Assembly: GCA_036444275.1 (NCBI GenBank)
Contig: JAZGAD010000048.1
Span: 92 to 64,091, forward strand
Direction: 5' to 3'
Origin: Candidatus Hydrothermarchaeales archaeon
GTDB lineage: Archaea; Hydrothermarchaeota; Hydrothermarchaeia; Hydrothermarchaeales; JAZGAD01
Length of the DNA stretch: 64,000 nucleotides
A program made the translations under genes and the position numbers. This document shows, piece by piece, positions 39,697 through 49,538 of this stretch; within the stretch, counting starts at the first letter, position 1; the number at the start of each line of letters is the position of its first letter. The notes beneath the pieces are model-generated. The model was given only the letters and a program-made list of their open reading frames with translations. It made no database searches and was not told where the DNA came from.

Positions 39697-41175
39697 TCAA
39701 AGCCCCAACAACTCTGCAGCAGGGTGTATCAAAGCCAAGGGGATATTCGGGAGGATTCCAAACAACAATACGCCTAGTGCCAGCAGGAGTATTGGGATCA
39801 GCATTACAAGGGGTGCCTCATCTATCTCTATTTCCTCGTGCGCCTCCCCGAAGTACGCCCCTATGATGATCGGCATGTAGTACACGGCATTCATCATACT
39901 GCTGATTAGTAGGACCGCAACGAAGACTGCGAGTACCGTGCTGCCCGCATCCATCGCTCCTAGGAGCAGGTACCACTTGCTTATGAATCCAGCTAGTGGT
40001 GGAAAACCAATCATAGAGAGCGCGGATATCGAAAATGCAAGCATGGTAAGGGGCATCTTTCTACCAATACCTTTGAAGTCATCTATATGCGTCATCCCTG
40101 TCTTGAATATCAGAGCCCCTGCGCAGAGGAAGAGGGCATCCTTCATCAACACATGGTTGAAGAGGTGGAGTATGCTTCCCTCTAGGCCTCGTTTAGTGAG
40201 GAACATTGATCCCAAGATTACGTATCCAATTTGGCTTATGGAGGAATATGCTAGCATACGCTTAAGCACCTTCTGCGATATCGCCACGGCTGAGCCAAGG
40301 ATTATGCCCATGCCGGCGAGTATAGCTACTGGCACAGCGATGTTCATCTGGCGGATCAGTTCGATGCCGAATATGTTGTACACCGTCCTGATGATCCCGA
40401 ATGCACCTGCCTTTATCATCACCCCTGAAAGCAATGCACTGCACGGCGCGGGAGCGACAGGATGCGCATCAGGCAACCAGATGTGCATCGGGAACATCCC
40501 CGCCTTTGTTCCGAACCCGATTATGTAGCACACGAATATTATATATGTTATGGTGCCCTGATACTCCAAGAGCCCCAACCTATTCAGGTCCAGTACATCT
40601 GCTTGTATATATGTCATGACCACAGCGAAGAGCAAGAAGAGGCCGCCCCCAATACCCATGTATAAGTACTTCTTTCCAGCAGTCATAGCCTCCTCGGTCT
40701 CCTCGTGTATAACAAGTACCCACGATGCTAGGGCGAGAACCTCGAAGTGCACGTAAAGGGTGAAGAGGTTCTTCGCGAAGACGACGCCGAGCATGGCGTG
40801 GAGGGTCAGGATTAGGAAGGCATAGTACCTATTCTTAGCATGCTGAGGCTCCATATATGCTATGGAATATATCGTCGCGAGAAGCCAGGCGAATGCACCG
40901 ACAATGCCGACTACCAGCCCAAAGGGATCAGCCATGTACTCGATGGCGATAGGGGAGATCGTGGACGGTAGGACAATAAACTCTGGTACAATGCCCTGCA
41001 ACACCCGCGGGATCAGAGCCAAGAGCGCCAGAAAGGAGATTGCAGCAGTAACCACTGCTAACTTGTTCCTCAGACTCTCAGACCGCTTTCCAGCGAAATA
41101 AATTGGCACCGCCATGAAGGCCGGCAACCAAACTGCTATAACGGGCAATATAGAACTTCCAGTGCTGAATGTCAT
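39697..41175 (-). CDS. mrpD: Mrp antiporter subunit D-like (2)
   Basis: KAGMFPMHIWLPDAHPVAP, IKAGAFG, KRMLAYSSISQIGY. Confidence 0.9.
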   Translation of the reverse strand: MTFSTGSSILPVIAVWLPAFMAVPIYFAGKRSESLRNKLAVVTAAISFLALLALIPRVLQGIVPEFIVLPSTISPIAIEYMADPFGLVVGIVGAFAWLLATIYSIAYMEPQHAKNRYYAFLILTLHAMLGVVFAKNLFTLYVHFEVLALASWVLVIHEETEEAMTAGKKYLYMGIGGGLFLLFAVVMTYIQADVLDLNRLGLLEYQGTITYIIFVCYIIGFGTKAGMFPMHIWLPDAHPVAPAPCSALLSGVMIKAGAFGIIRTVYNIFGIELIRQMNIAVPVAILAGMGIILGSAVAISQKVLKRMLAYSSISQIGYVILGSMFLTKRGLEGSILHLFNHVLMKDALFLCAGALIFKTGMTHIDDFKGIGRKMPLTMLAFSISALSMIGFPPLAGFISKWYLLLGAMDAGSTVLAVFVAVLLISSMMNAVYYMPIIIGAYFGEAHEEIEIDEAPLVMLIPILLLALGVLLFGILPNIPLALIHPAAELLGL

Positions 41176-41315
41176 GCAGCCACCCTTCTAGTTTCTACGC
41201 AACCATGGGTAAGCCGTTCTACTTACTTATAACTTTCTATTCGTCTTGTTAATCACTCCTAAGTGATGACCTAATATTTATTATTAATTATTATAATTTT
41301 AGATTTTAGGATGAA

Positions 41316-42806
41316 CTAGAGGCCAAGTAATCTAACTGCGGGCCTGATCATGGACAAGGGTCTGCTAGCGAATATTCCGAAGGCTATGCTTGCAAGCGCT
41401 AAAATAATAGTGGGTACCAGCATGCTTATCGGTGCCTCGTCTACTTTGATCCCCTCTTCGATGTGGCCGAAGTATATATGGTTTATTACCCTGAAGAAGT
41501 ATACAGCATTAAGCAGGCTGCTGGCCAGTATAACAAATACAAATGCTAGGTTTCCCGCCTCCAAGCTTCCGAGGACCAGGAACCATTTGCTCATGAAACC
41601 TGCTAGAGGTGGTATGCCGACCATTGCGAGAGCTGCCACTGAAAAAGCTCCCATCGTTAAAGGCATCTTCCGCCCAAGCCCGCCGTAATCCCTTATATCT
41701 CTTATACCTGTCTTATAAATTACGGCGCCGGCAGCTAGGAACATGGCAGTCTTCATAACAGAGTGATTGATTAGGTGAAAGATCCCACCAGTTAAGCCGC
41801 TTTCAGTAATCAATGTTGCACCCAGGATGATATAGCCGATCTGGCTTACACTCGAATATGCCAGTAGCCGCATCACATCATTTTGCGCTATCGCGAATAA
41901 AGAACCCATGATTATTGCCGTGGCAGCGAGGAGAGCCAGTATAGTATCGATATGTGTTAGCGAAACGAAGGATATACCAAATATGGAGTAAAAAAGCCTT
42001 ATGAGGACATACGCACAGACCTCTATCTTTATACCCGAGGACAATGCATTCACTGGAGCGGGCGCATGCGTATAGGCATCTGGCATCCATATATGCAGTG
42101 GGAACAATGCAGCTTTTAAACTGAATCCAACGACAAGAAAGCCAAGCGCCCCGGCAACTATAGTCGGGTAGATAAGTCTCGCCGTCTTCAGCCTTATCGC
42201 TAGGTCAGCCATGTTAAGCGTGCCGGTAATCATGTAAAGCAGGCCTATGCCGATCAACACGAAGGTCGAGGCAATTGCAGCCATGTAGAGGTACCTGAAG
42301 CTAGCTTCAAACTGGCCCTCCTCACCCTTTTTCCCAGCGATCGGAACCAGTGCATACGACGATAATGACATGATCTCTAGGAAGACGAAGAGGTTGAAGA
42401 TATCCCCTGTAACGACCATCCCGGTGAGACCAGCCAGCAACAACATGACTAGGGCGTAGTATATGCCAATGTTCCTCTCTTCGATTCCCTTCTCGGCGTA
42501 TCTAGCAGAGTATATGACTATAAGTAGCCCCACGCCGGCAATCATCAAGGCCATTAACGCCCCGAGGTAGTCTATAGATATCTCTATACCCCACGGCGGC
42601 TGCCAGTTGCCTACGTGATAATGTATGGTACCTGTTGCTAGCACCCTGAGTGCGATATTTACAGCCATATAACAGGACATGAGCATTGCGGAGACTGCTG
42701 TGAGTACGCATAATTTTTTTTTCCGCAGTGCAAGTACTGGTATGAGATACGCCCCTATCAAGGGGGTAACCACAATCAGCACTGGAAAATGAGAAGATAT
42801 GCCCAT
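41316..42806 (-). CDS. mrpD: Mrp antiporter subunit D (1)
   Basis: GNWQPPWGI, GDIFNLFVFLEIM, LKAALFPLHIWMPDAY. Confidence 0.92.
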   Translation of the reverse strand: MGISSHFPVLIVVTPLIGAYLIPVLALRKKKLCVLTAVSAMLMSCYMAVNIALRVLATGTIHYHVGNWQPPWGIEISIDYLGALMALMIAGVGLLIVIYSARYAEKGIEERNIGIYYALVMLLLAGLTGMVVTGDIFNLFVFLEIMSLSSYALVPIAGKKGEEGQFEASFRYLYMAAIASTFVLIGIGLLYMITGTLNMADLAIRLKTARLIYPTIVAGALGFLVVGFSLKAALFPLHIWMPDAYTHAPAPVNALSSGIKIEVCAYVLIRLFYSIFGISFVSLTHIDTILALLAATAIIMGSLFAIAQNDVMRLLAYSSVSQIGYIILGATLITESGLTGGIFHLINHSVMKTAMFLAAGAVIYKTGIRDIRDYGGLGRKMPLTMGAFSVAALAMVGIPPLAGFMSKWFLVLGSLEAGNLAFVFVILASSLLNAVYFFRVINHIYFGHIEEGIKVDEAPISMLVPTIILALASIAFGIFASRPLSMIRPAVRLLGL

Positions 42807-42818
42807 CTGCCCCCTCCC

Positions 42819-43178
42819 TTAGCGCTTCCTGATCTCCCTGATCTTATCTGCATCTAGGGTCCCATATTGATCATACAGCTTCACTATGAGGCCCAGCGCA
42901 AAGGCTGTGACGCTGACTGCGACGACTATCGCTGTTAGTATGAGTGCTTGTGGCAGGGGATTTACATAAATAGGGTTCTCAACGCCGGGTATTACGATTG
43001 GTGCTATGCCGCCACGGACGCTTCCCATGGATATAAAGAAGAGGAAGACAGAGGTATCCATGATATTCATTCCGATGATCTTTTTTATCAGGTTCCTCTT
43101 GGTGATCACGGTGTATAGTCCTATTAAGAAGAGCGTTGACGAGATGAGGTAGTTGTATTGGAAGAATAGCGGCGTCAT
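42819..43178 (-). CDS. mrpC: Mrp antiporter subunit C
   Basis: NLIKKIIG, NPLPQALILTAIVV. Confidence 0.93.
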   Translation of the reverse strand: MTPLFFQYNYLISSTLFLIGLYTVITKRNLIKKIIGMNIMDTSVFLFFISMGSVRGGIAPIVIPGVENPIYVNPLPQALILTAIVVAVSVTAFALGLIVKLYDQYGTLDADKIREIRKR

Positions 43179-43601
43179 TTACTCATATTCCTCCGCTATT
43201 GTGTAAAAGAGCGTCTTCCCAGTGCTCGCGACCTTGAAGCCTATTACCACGTTAATCGCTAGGATTATACCGCCGCTGAAAAGCTTTCCAGGGCTCCCTA
43301 TTGGTATACCTACAATCTTATTTGCAAGGAAAGTGCCCCCCAAGACAATGCCTACTAGACCTATCAATGCATAGAAAAAAGTAGAGCTCTCAAGAACAGT
43401 AGACAATAGATGGTTGGCTCTTCTACGCCCTTCGTCTAAGCCGAACACCACGGCGAGTAATATCATGCTCGCCCCTATTACAGCACCCCCTTGGAAACCG
43501 CCTCCAGGGGTTAGGTGTCCATGGAAAATGATGTACAGCCCATACATCTGTATGAAGGGAATCATTAACCTAGCCGTCGTCTTAATGATGAGATCTTCCA
43601 T
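43179..43601 (-). CDS. mrpB: Mrp antiporter subunit B
   Basis: HGHLTPGGGFQGG. Start MEDLIIK. Confidence 0.92.
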   Translation of the reverse strand: MEDLIIKTTARLMIPFIQMYGLYIIFHGHLTPGGGFQGGAVIGASMILLAVVFGLDEGRRRANHLLSTVLESSTFFYALIGLVGIVLGGTFLANKIVGIPIGSPGKLFSGGIILAINVVIGFKVASTGKTLFYTIAEEYE

Positions 43602-43893
43602 CTTTTTCCTCCTGCAATGCGAGAATAGAGATAACGCCAAGGGCAGCTGTATAGAGCACAGTGGCCTCGCCTAGAGTGTCGTAAGCTCGATAGTCAGCGA
43701 TTATGCTGGCAACGATGTTCAGCGCCCCTGTCTCCTCCACGTTTTTCGTTACGTATCTCGGTACAACATGGGTGTATGCTGGTGCGTTGGGATCACCGAA
43801 TCTAGGCATCTCAGCGACTAGGGAGACGAGGATGTAGCCTATTAACAACACGAAGACTAGAGCTACAAGCCTCCTCCCACCTATCCTCTTCAT
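43582..43893 (-). CDS. MrpA C-terminal/MbhE-like split subunit
   Basis: NIVASIIADYRAYDTLGEATVL. Confidence 0.88.
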   Translation of the reverse strand: MKRIGGRRLVALVFVLLIGYILVSLVAEMPRFGDPNAPAYTHVVPRYVTKNVEETGALNIVASIIADYRAYDTLGEATVLYTAALGVISILALQEEKDGRSHH

Positions 43894-44135
43894 TCCTCCT
43901 CCCACCTCGTGGTCTTACTTATCGTTGCTACAAAGAGCATCGTCGTGATACCAGCTCCAACCGCTGCCTCGGTTATGGCTACATCGGGTGCATTCAGTTG
44001 CTGCCATATAATCGACATGACCATGCTATATGCAGAGAAAATCACCGTCGCTGCGAGCAGGTCCTTTGTGCGTATGACCTCTATGGCGCATACTACGAGG
44101 AAGAATAGAAATATCAGGTCTAGAATCCATATCAT
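43890..44135 (-). CDS. DUF4040/MbhD-like split Mrp subunit
   Basis: APDVAITEAAVGAG. Confidence 0.88.
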   Translation of the reverse strand: MIWILDLIFLFFLVVCAIEVIRTKDLLAATVIFSAYSMVMSIIWQQLNAPDVAITEAAVGAGITTMLFVATISKTTRWEEE

Positions 44136-44458
44136 CTCTTCACCCCCTTGTACTCGTCGACCACGCTTCCCTCCCATAGCTCCACGCCGCTTACATAGGC
44201 GGCTTTAGCTATAGCGTGCGCCGTAGTGGGGTTTACCCATACAATGAAGACTATAATCAGAAGGATCTTGAAGCTAGTAAAAGATAAACCGGAATAAATA
44301 GCAAGGCCTAGGAATATGGAGATAGCACCGAGGGTATCGCATTTTGTCGTTGCGTGCATCCTCGTGTATACGTCTGGAAACCTTAAGAGGCCTATGGTGC
44401 CGATTACGAAGAAGAATACCCCCATCAGTAATAATGCTAGAACGACGATGTCGATCAT
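44132..44458 (-). CDS. mrpG: Mrp antiporter subunit G
   Basis: GLLRFPDVYTRMHATTKCDTLG, PTTAHAIAKAAY. Confidence 0.93.
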   Translation of the reverse strand: MIDIVVLALLLMGVFFFVIGTIGLLRFPDVYTRMHATTKCDTLGAISIFLGLAIYSGLSFTSFKILLIIVFIVWVNPTTAHAIAKAAYVSGVELWEGSVVDEYKGVKR

Positions 44459-44727
44459 CCTGTCACCTTCCCTGTTTCCAAATATTTCGATATGGTTATA
44501 GCTGATAGGAAGTTGATCAAGGCATAGACGATGGCAACGTCTATGTAGAGGGGATGACCGTATATGAATGCGAATAGCACTAGGATAACCAGGGTCTTGG
44601 TGCCGATGACGTTTATCGCGATAAGCCTATCCGGCAAAGATGGGCCTTTTACACCCCTATAGAGACAGAGGAAGCTCGTGAAGCCGAGTATTATGCCTAT
44701 TGCCACGAAGACCGTAGCAGGAATCAT
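44455..44727 (-). CDS. mrpF: Mrp antiporter subunit F
   Basis: GPSLPDRLIA, YIDVAIVYALINF. Start MIPATVF. Confidence 0.93.
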   Translation of the reverse strand: MIPATVFVAIGIILGFTSFLCLYRGVKGPSLPDRLIAINVIGTKTLVILVLFAFIYGHPLYIDVAIVYALINFLSAITISKYLETGKVTG

Positions 44728-45239
44728 TCCATCGCCTCCAGCTTTTCCAGTCTGTCCTTCATATGCCACTTCTTCACGCCTTCAGCGGCTTCTGTCGTCA
44801 GTGCATGCACATAGTAGGTGTTATTTATGAGGTCTACAGTTAGAGTACCTGGAGTGAGGGTGATGGAGTTCGCAAGCGTAACCTTGGTGATGTCCTTGCG
44901 GAGTTTCGTCTCGAATTTCACTATACCCGGAGATATCGGCATCTTTGGGTCTAGCACGATGCGTGCAACCTGGATGTTGGCCTTTATTATCTCAAATATA
45001 AAGTGGGCTACATAGCTAAAAAGAAATAATGCAAGAACTTTCGGTCTTGGAAGCTTCTCTCCCCTCTGCACGAGAAGGTCACGGGAAAACGTAGCTATAA
45101 GCAGGGCAGAGAGGATGCCAACGAAGACGTGTTGCAGGTCAATGGTGGATGAGACGAACATCCAGAATAAAAACAGGATAGCAGATGCGATCAGGATATC
45201 GCTATTATCTCTTATACCTTTACTTCTTAATCTTACCAC
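44724..45239 (-). CDS. mrpE: Mrp antiporter subunit E
   Basis: IIKANIQVA, LANSITLTPGTLTVD. Confidence 0.93.
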   Translation of the reverse strand: MVRLRSKGIRDNSDILIASAILFLFWMFVSSTIDLQHVFVGILSALLIATFSRDLLVQRGEKLPRPKVLALFLFSYVAHFIFEIIKANIQVARIVLDPKMPISPGIVKFETKLRKDITKVTLANSITLTPGTLTVDLINNTYYVHALTTEAAEGVKKWHMKDRLEKLEAME

Positions 45240-45260
45240 AATACGGCCTCACATTATTGC

Positions 45261-46085
45261 TTAGTAGTCGACTCCGATTTTAGGCCTGGATTTTGGCTTG
45301 GGTTTCGACTCATCTCTAGGGAGACTCGCCAGCTCTGCCATCTTCAGTTTATACGTGCGTGAAAGGCTCACAGCAAACGGCAGCAGTACTGTAGCCAGCA
45401 CTACATGGAAGATATCTTGGAGTGCATGGGTCATGATGTACGCGGCAGCAAGCCTCTCGATGTCTACATACCTGCCAATCATGATGTCGATTGTTAGCAG
45501 GGAAACCAGGATGGAGACCAACGGTACGTGCACCGACAGGAAAGGATCGACTATCTCGCGGGTTTTACGAAGCAGAATTGCAACAAGGATTACTGTTGGA
45601 ATTGAAGTGAGATACAAAAAGGGGCCCTCGACCCGTACATCCCAAGGTGACTCAGCCATACTTGCCATAATTATTATGAGGGTACTCGTAGCAGCGAGAG
45701 CTATCATACCTATCTCCGTCGATATCGCATCACTATCATCGCCTATTTGTTCGCTGCTGAATTCTTTAACCCCGAGATAGAGGAATATCAATGCAAGAGG
45801 AGCAGCGATCATATGCATGTAGTGGAAGAAGTCATGGATGAAGGGCTCAGCAGAGAAATGCTCGCCTGCCTCGCCCAAGCCTATGAGGCCAATGTAGAAT
45901 ATCGCCCACAACATCGCCTGCCATGAAAATTTTGTGTCCTTCAGCATGGTGTATATGATCACAATGGCTGCAATACTCGCTAAAAACAGGAAGGTCGCAG
46001 CATAGATATGGACATAGAGTTCCATCATGCCGTGGTGCCCAATCGTCTGACCTATCAACATTCCAGCTTCATCAAAATAAACCAT
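45261..46085 (-). CDS. His-rich multi-pass (about 7 TM) membrane protein leading the Mrp operon
   Basis: 274 aa with intramembrane His in YVHIY, HDFFHYMHMIA and THALQDIFHVV. Confidence 0.75.
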   Translation of the reverse strand: MVYFDEAGMLIGQTIGHHGMMELYVHIYAATFLFLASIAAIVIIYTMLKDTKFSWQAMLWAIFYIGLIGLGEAGEHFSAEPFIHDFFHYMHMIAAPLALIFLYLGVKEFSSEQIGDDSDAISTEIGMIALAATSTLIIIMASMAESPWDVRVEGPFLYLTSIPTVILVAILLRKTREIVDPFLSVHVPLVSILVSLLTIDIMIGRYVDIERLAAAYIMTHALQDIFHVVLATVLLPFAVSLSRTYKLKMAELASLPRDESKPKPKSRPKIGVDY

Positions 46086-46223
46086 TCTCTTACCTCTCTA
46101 TCCCAAGCATTTTTTACATATTTATATTTTTTGAATTATGTCGCAAAGCCGAAATTATAGATTACTGAATTATTGAAACCCAATCAAAGTAAGGTTTAAA
46201 TCTCGTATTGCCTTAATAAGCGT

Positions 46224-48266
46224 ATGGTCTTCAGCATCTCGTGCGATAACGGCACGCTGAAGATGTTCGATAAGGTGGAGAGGAAGGTCGTCCGGTTTGG
46301 GGTGGAAGGCTGGGAGTTTACTGATAAGAGCTATTGGTTCCGCTTCCCGGTGGATGAGACATTTTCAGGTAGGTGTAAGAAGGTAGAATATGATACCCAT
46401 CTCACTTACATCCGAAGGAAGGAAGACTACGAGCTCCTAGTGCACGTGAGGAATGGTGTCAAGCGTTCGCTACCGAAGGATAAGTACATCATCGAGATTG
46501 ATGCCCATTTCAAGATCTACCTCTATGTATACTCTACCATACGCGTGGAGTGTGACAAGGAGGCTAATGTATCCCTCTCCTTCGATCCTAAGGCCCAGTT
46601 AATTTTCGGGGTTAGGTCCTACCGCCGCCGCCCAGAAGCAACGATCAGGACTACTAAGGATATCGAGGGCATCGCTAGGGCTATATCTCTGCTGTCATCC
46701 TCCATCAAAGTGGCTAGCCCAGAGAGAAGTTATCCCACACTACGGGGCCACCCACCTCTTATTGAGTTTTCTGGCGAGCCTTCTACAGATATTGAGAAAT
46801 TGGAGAGCGGGGTGGAGATCTTCTTGCCCATGAAGCTTGCCTATCTCTACGTGGCTTCGCCACTAGCATATTACCTGCTAGCAGACATAAGGTTCGGGGA
46901 GCCCAGGATCACCTGTAACAATGGCTTCCAGTACCCACTATCCAAGTTACCGAGGTTCGAGGACGAGGTCAACCAGACCCTTCAGAAGGTGTTCTTCTTA
47001 GACTGCCTGGTGAGGAATGCCGGACTGTACAAGCCAGATCTATACGAACTTAAAGCCTTGAAAGGACTAGATTTGGATATAAAGGAACTTTATTCCATGA
47101 GCATCCAGGAGCAACTACCCATATACATGGGCATCCCAATAGACAAGCTCAAGCCCTTTATGCCTACTTGGCACCTCGCCTCTTACGTTAACCCAGATAT
47201 GGATAACGCTAAGGCCTTGCCATTCTTGCTTAACAACCTATCCACTATCTATTTGGCTCGCTCTAGGAAGATTTCTCCAAGGGATGTGTCTAAGCTAAGC
47301 TTTAACGAACTCTTCAGAGGCAATGTGATAAGGGAGATAGAGGAGAAGACTATAGCAAAACCGGTGCTGAAGGAAGCCCAGAGCCATCTATGGCTGGCTC
47401 CAGAGAAGCCTATAGACGTGGCCAAGATGAATCCCGATGCCGTTTATAATCAACTTAACTTTGAACATGACAAAGGGAGGATAAGAGTTGCCTTAGTGCT
47501 GAACGACGAGGAGATGCTGCGGGAAAAAGACACGGTACAGAACATTTATGCTCAGCGAAAGGACATCCCTCTGGATGTTGAGATATTTGACTTCTTGCAA
47601 AAAGATGAATTGGCAGGTATCTTTGAGGAGGGATACGACCTAGTACACTACATCGGGCACTGTGATGAAAGGGGGCTCCAATGCGCAGATGGCTTTCTCA
47701 AAATCAAGGAAATCCAAAAGAACAATACACCTGCCTTCTTCCTCAATGCTTGCAAAAGCTACGAGGAGGGAATGGACCTGGTTAGTAGTGGCTCTGTCGG
47801 CGGAGTTGTAACCCTCTACTACGTGCCCAATGAACAGGCTTTAAAAATTGGATACACCTTCTCCATATTGCTGACCCTTGGCTTCCCTATAGAAAAGGCG
47901 ATCAGTTTATCAAAAATGGGGAGCTTGAGCGGTAGAGATTATCTGGTATTGGGAGATGGGAATTATTGCCTCATGCAAAATCCCCGACTAAATACCGTAT
48001 TTTTATTCGAAATAAGCAGTACAAAACAGGGCAGATTCCGATTACTTGAAAAGAACTGTGGATACCAAATAGGCGGATATTTTTACTCTGATCTCGATAA
48101 GAAGTGCTACCTTTTTTATAACGAGGCTAAATCGGAACTCAGCCGCTCAGAACTCTTAAAGCTACTAGAAAAGACGAAGACCAGTGTTCCCGTTATATAC
48201 GAGGACAAACTCTTTTTCTCTGAAGAAATTTCTGATATATTTAAAAATAAAAAGAAGGGAGGATGA
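46224..48266 (+). CDS. 680-aa protein with C-terminal CHAT/caspase-like peptidase domain
   Basis: DLVHYIGHC and FFLNACKSY (His-Cys dyad), GSVGGVVTLY, YLVLGDG, and SPERSYPTLRGHPP in the N-terminal half. Confidence 0.8.
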   Translation: MVFSISCDNGTLKMFDKVERKVVRFGVEGWEFTDKSYWFRFPVDETFSGRCKKVEYDTHLTYIRRKEDYELLVHVRNGVKRSLPKDKYIIEIDAHFKIYLYVYSTIRVECDKEANVSLSFDPKAQLIFGVRSYRRRPEATIRTTKDIEGIARAISLLSSSIKVASPERSYPTLRGHPPLIEFSGEPSTDIEKLESGVEIFLPMKLAYLYVASPLAYYLLADIRFGEPRITCNNGFQYPLSKLPRFEDEVNQTLQKVFFLDCLVRNAGLYKPDLYELKALKGLDLDIKELYSMSIQEQLPIYMGIPIDKLKPFMPTWHLASYVNPDMDNAKALPFLLNNLSTIYLARSRKISPRDVSKLSFNELFRGNVIREIEEKTIAKPVLKEAQSHLWLAPEKPIDVAKMNPDAVYNQLNFEHDKGRIRVALVLNDEEMLREKDTVQNIYAQRKDIPLDVEIFDFLQKDELAGIFEEGYDLVHYIGHCDERGLQCADGFLKIKEIQKNNTPAFFLNACKSYEEGMDLVSSGSVGGVVTLYYVPNEQALKIGYTFSILLTLGFPIEKAISLSKMGSLSGRDYLVLGDGNYCLMQNPRLNTVFLFEISSTKQGRFRLLEKNCGYQIGGYFYSDLDKKCYLFYNEAKSELSRSELLKLLEKTKTSVPVIYEDKLFFSEEISDIFKNKKKGG

Positions 48267-48271
48267 CTCCC
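48257..48271. terminator. Short hairpin between convergent CHAT and peptide genes
   Basis: gggag-gatga-ctccc inverted repeat overlapping the CHAT stop codon. Confidence 0.3.
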
Positions 48272-48275
48272 CCCT

Positions 48276-48395
48276 CTAAGGCCCATAGCTACCGCCGCCA
48301 GCAGCTACGATGCCGCTGAGTACCGTCAGAGTTGTAACTATTACAACTGGCAACATCGGCCTTGACAGGACAAAATCCGAAATTTTTTGCCTCAT
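48276..48395 (-). CDS. 39-aa secreted peptide precursor (not in ORF track)
   Basis: MRQKISDFVLSRPMLPVVIVTTLTVLSGIVAAGGGSYGP, with a perfect SD AAGGAGGTGA just upstream of the ATG. The hydrophobic core ends in VAA before a 7-aa polar tail. Confidence 0.8.
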   Translation of the reverse strand: MRQKISDFVLSRPMLPVVIVTTLTVLSGIVAAGGGSYGP

Positions 48396-48915
48396 GCTTC
48401 TCACCTCCTTTGCGTTTGAGGTGAGGTAGGGAAGCCCTACTATTTTAAATTCGGGAAATCCGTAAAAAATTATAACCCTCTATAAAATCAAAATATTACT
48501 TAAAAACTAGCTAAACCTTGAATGAGCGTATATTAGAATGTATATTTAAATAATAATGAGATATTATGCCCCCAAAGAATATTACGTCCCTAACTTGCCC
48601 TCTGTTGATAACTTCTGAGCATATCGTCGATGGTATTTGCTACCTCTTTGAAGTCGAGTTCCTTGCTTAAATGCTCGTCGGCTTTTGCATACTCAAAACT
48701 CCTCTTCTTATCCTCTGGATCAGACCTCACGGGAAAAATTCTTGAAAGATTAAAATAAGGGCACCCCTCCCCCATCGGAAGGGTTCCCCCCTATCCGGAG
48801 GGTCCATAACCCCCTTATCCTCATCCTTTATTATATTTTGGTAATCCGGAAAAAACTCAAAATAGCTTAAAAATTGATAAAAAGCTTTATATGCGATTAA
48901 AACATAATTTGAGAT

Positions 48916-49296
48916 ATGGGTATCGAAGAAACTGTGCGATCAATAAAAGGGCGCTTCAAAGAGGATACTATAGTGGATTTTGTGCAATTGACTAAACTAT
49001 TTGGAGAGCCTAGGTACCAGTTGCTCATAAAGAAGGCCCTGGATCTAGAGTCACGGATCTTGATTTCAGCAGCAAAGAATAGAGAGCTCTACCAGGACGT
49101 GATGAACTGGGCCGATAAAAAGGGGAAAGTAAAGAAATCAACCTTATCTGACCGAAAGCACTACCTCGTTGAACTCGGCCTTATCTCTGAAGAAGCTGAA
49201 AAGAAAGATGGAGGGAGGGGACGCCCCAGGAAGCGCCTCTGCATGACCGAGGGGAATAGACAGCGGTTTGAAGAGTTATTCGGCGAACCTCTTTGA
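48916..49296 (+). CDS. Winged-helix transcriptional regulator (TbsP C-terminal-domain-like)
   Basis: AAKNRELYQDVMNWA...KSTLSDRKHYLVELGLI...GRGRPRKRL, with TTTATA upstream. Confidence 0.75.
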   Translation: MGIEETVRSIKGRFKEDTIVDFVQLTKLFGEPRYQLLIKKALDLESRILISAAKNRELYQDVMNWADKKGKVKKSTLSDRKHYLVELGLISEEAEKKDGGRGRPRKRLCMTEGNRQRFEELFGEPL

Positions 49297-49319
49297 ATGC
49301 TGGATTATAGTAACGAAGA

Positions 49320-49394
49320 TGCCCCGGTCGGGATTCGAACCCGAGTCACAGCCTCGAAAGGGCCGCATGATTGGCCGAGCTACACTACCGGGGC
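49320..49394 (-). tRNA. tRNA-Glu (TTC)
   Basis: GCCCCGG acceptor stem, anticodon loop CT-TTC-GA, T-loop GGTTCGAATCC. Confidence 0.95.
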
Positions 49395-49538
49395 TTCAAC
49401 TATTATAATTGAAGGCGTTTTATTTATTTTTGGGCTTCCCTGGAGTTATCTGAGCTGACAAAAAAAAGGCAAATGCCTTCCTATCGTCTATAATCCTATC
49501 TATCTACCATCTAAAGTCTATCGTATGTTAGTAGAATG

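Noticed and set aside
35687-45239. Mbh/Mbx membrane-bound hydrogenase or sulfane reductase
   Set aside because: The cluster has no NuoH-like, Fe-S or catalytic subunits.
48590-48775. 61-aa ORF between the peptide gene and the regulator
   Set aside because: No recognisable motif and an uncertain start. It may be real but cannot be supported.
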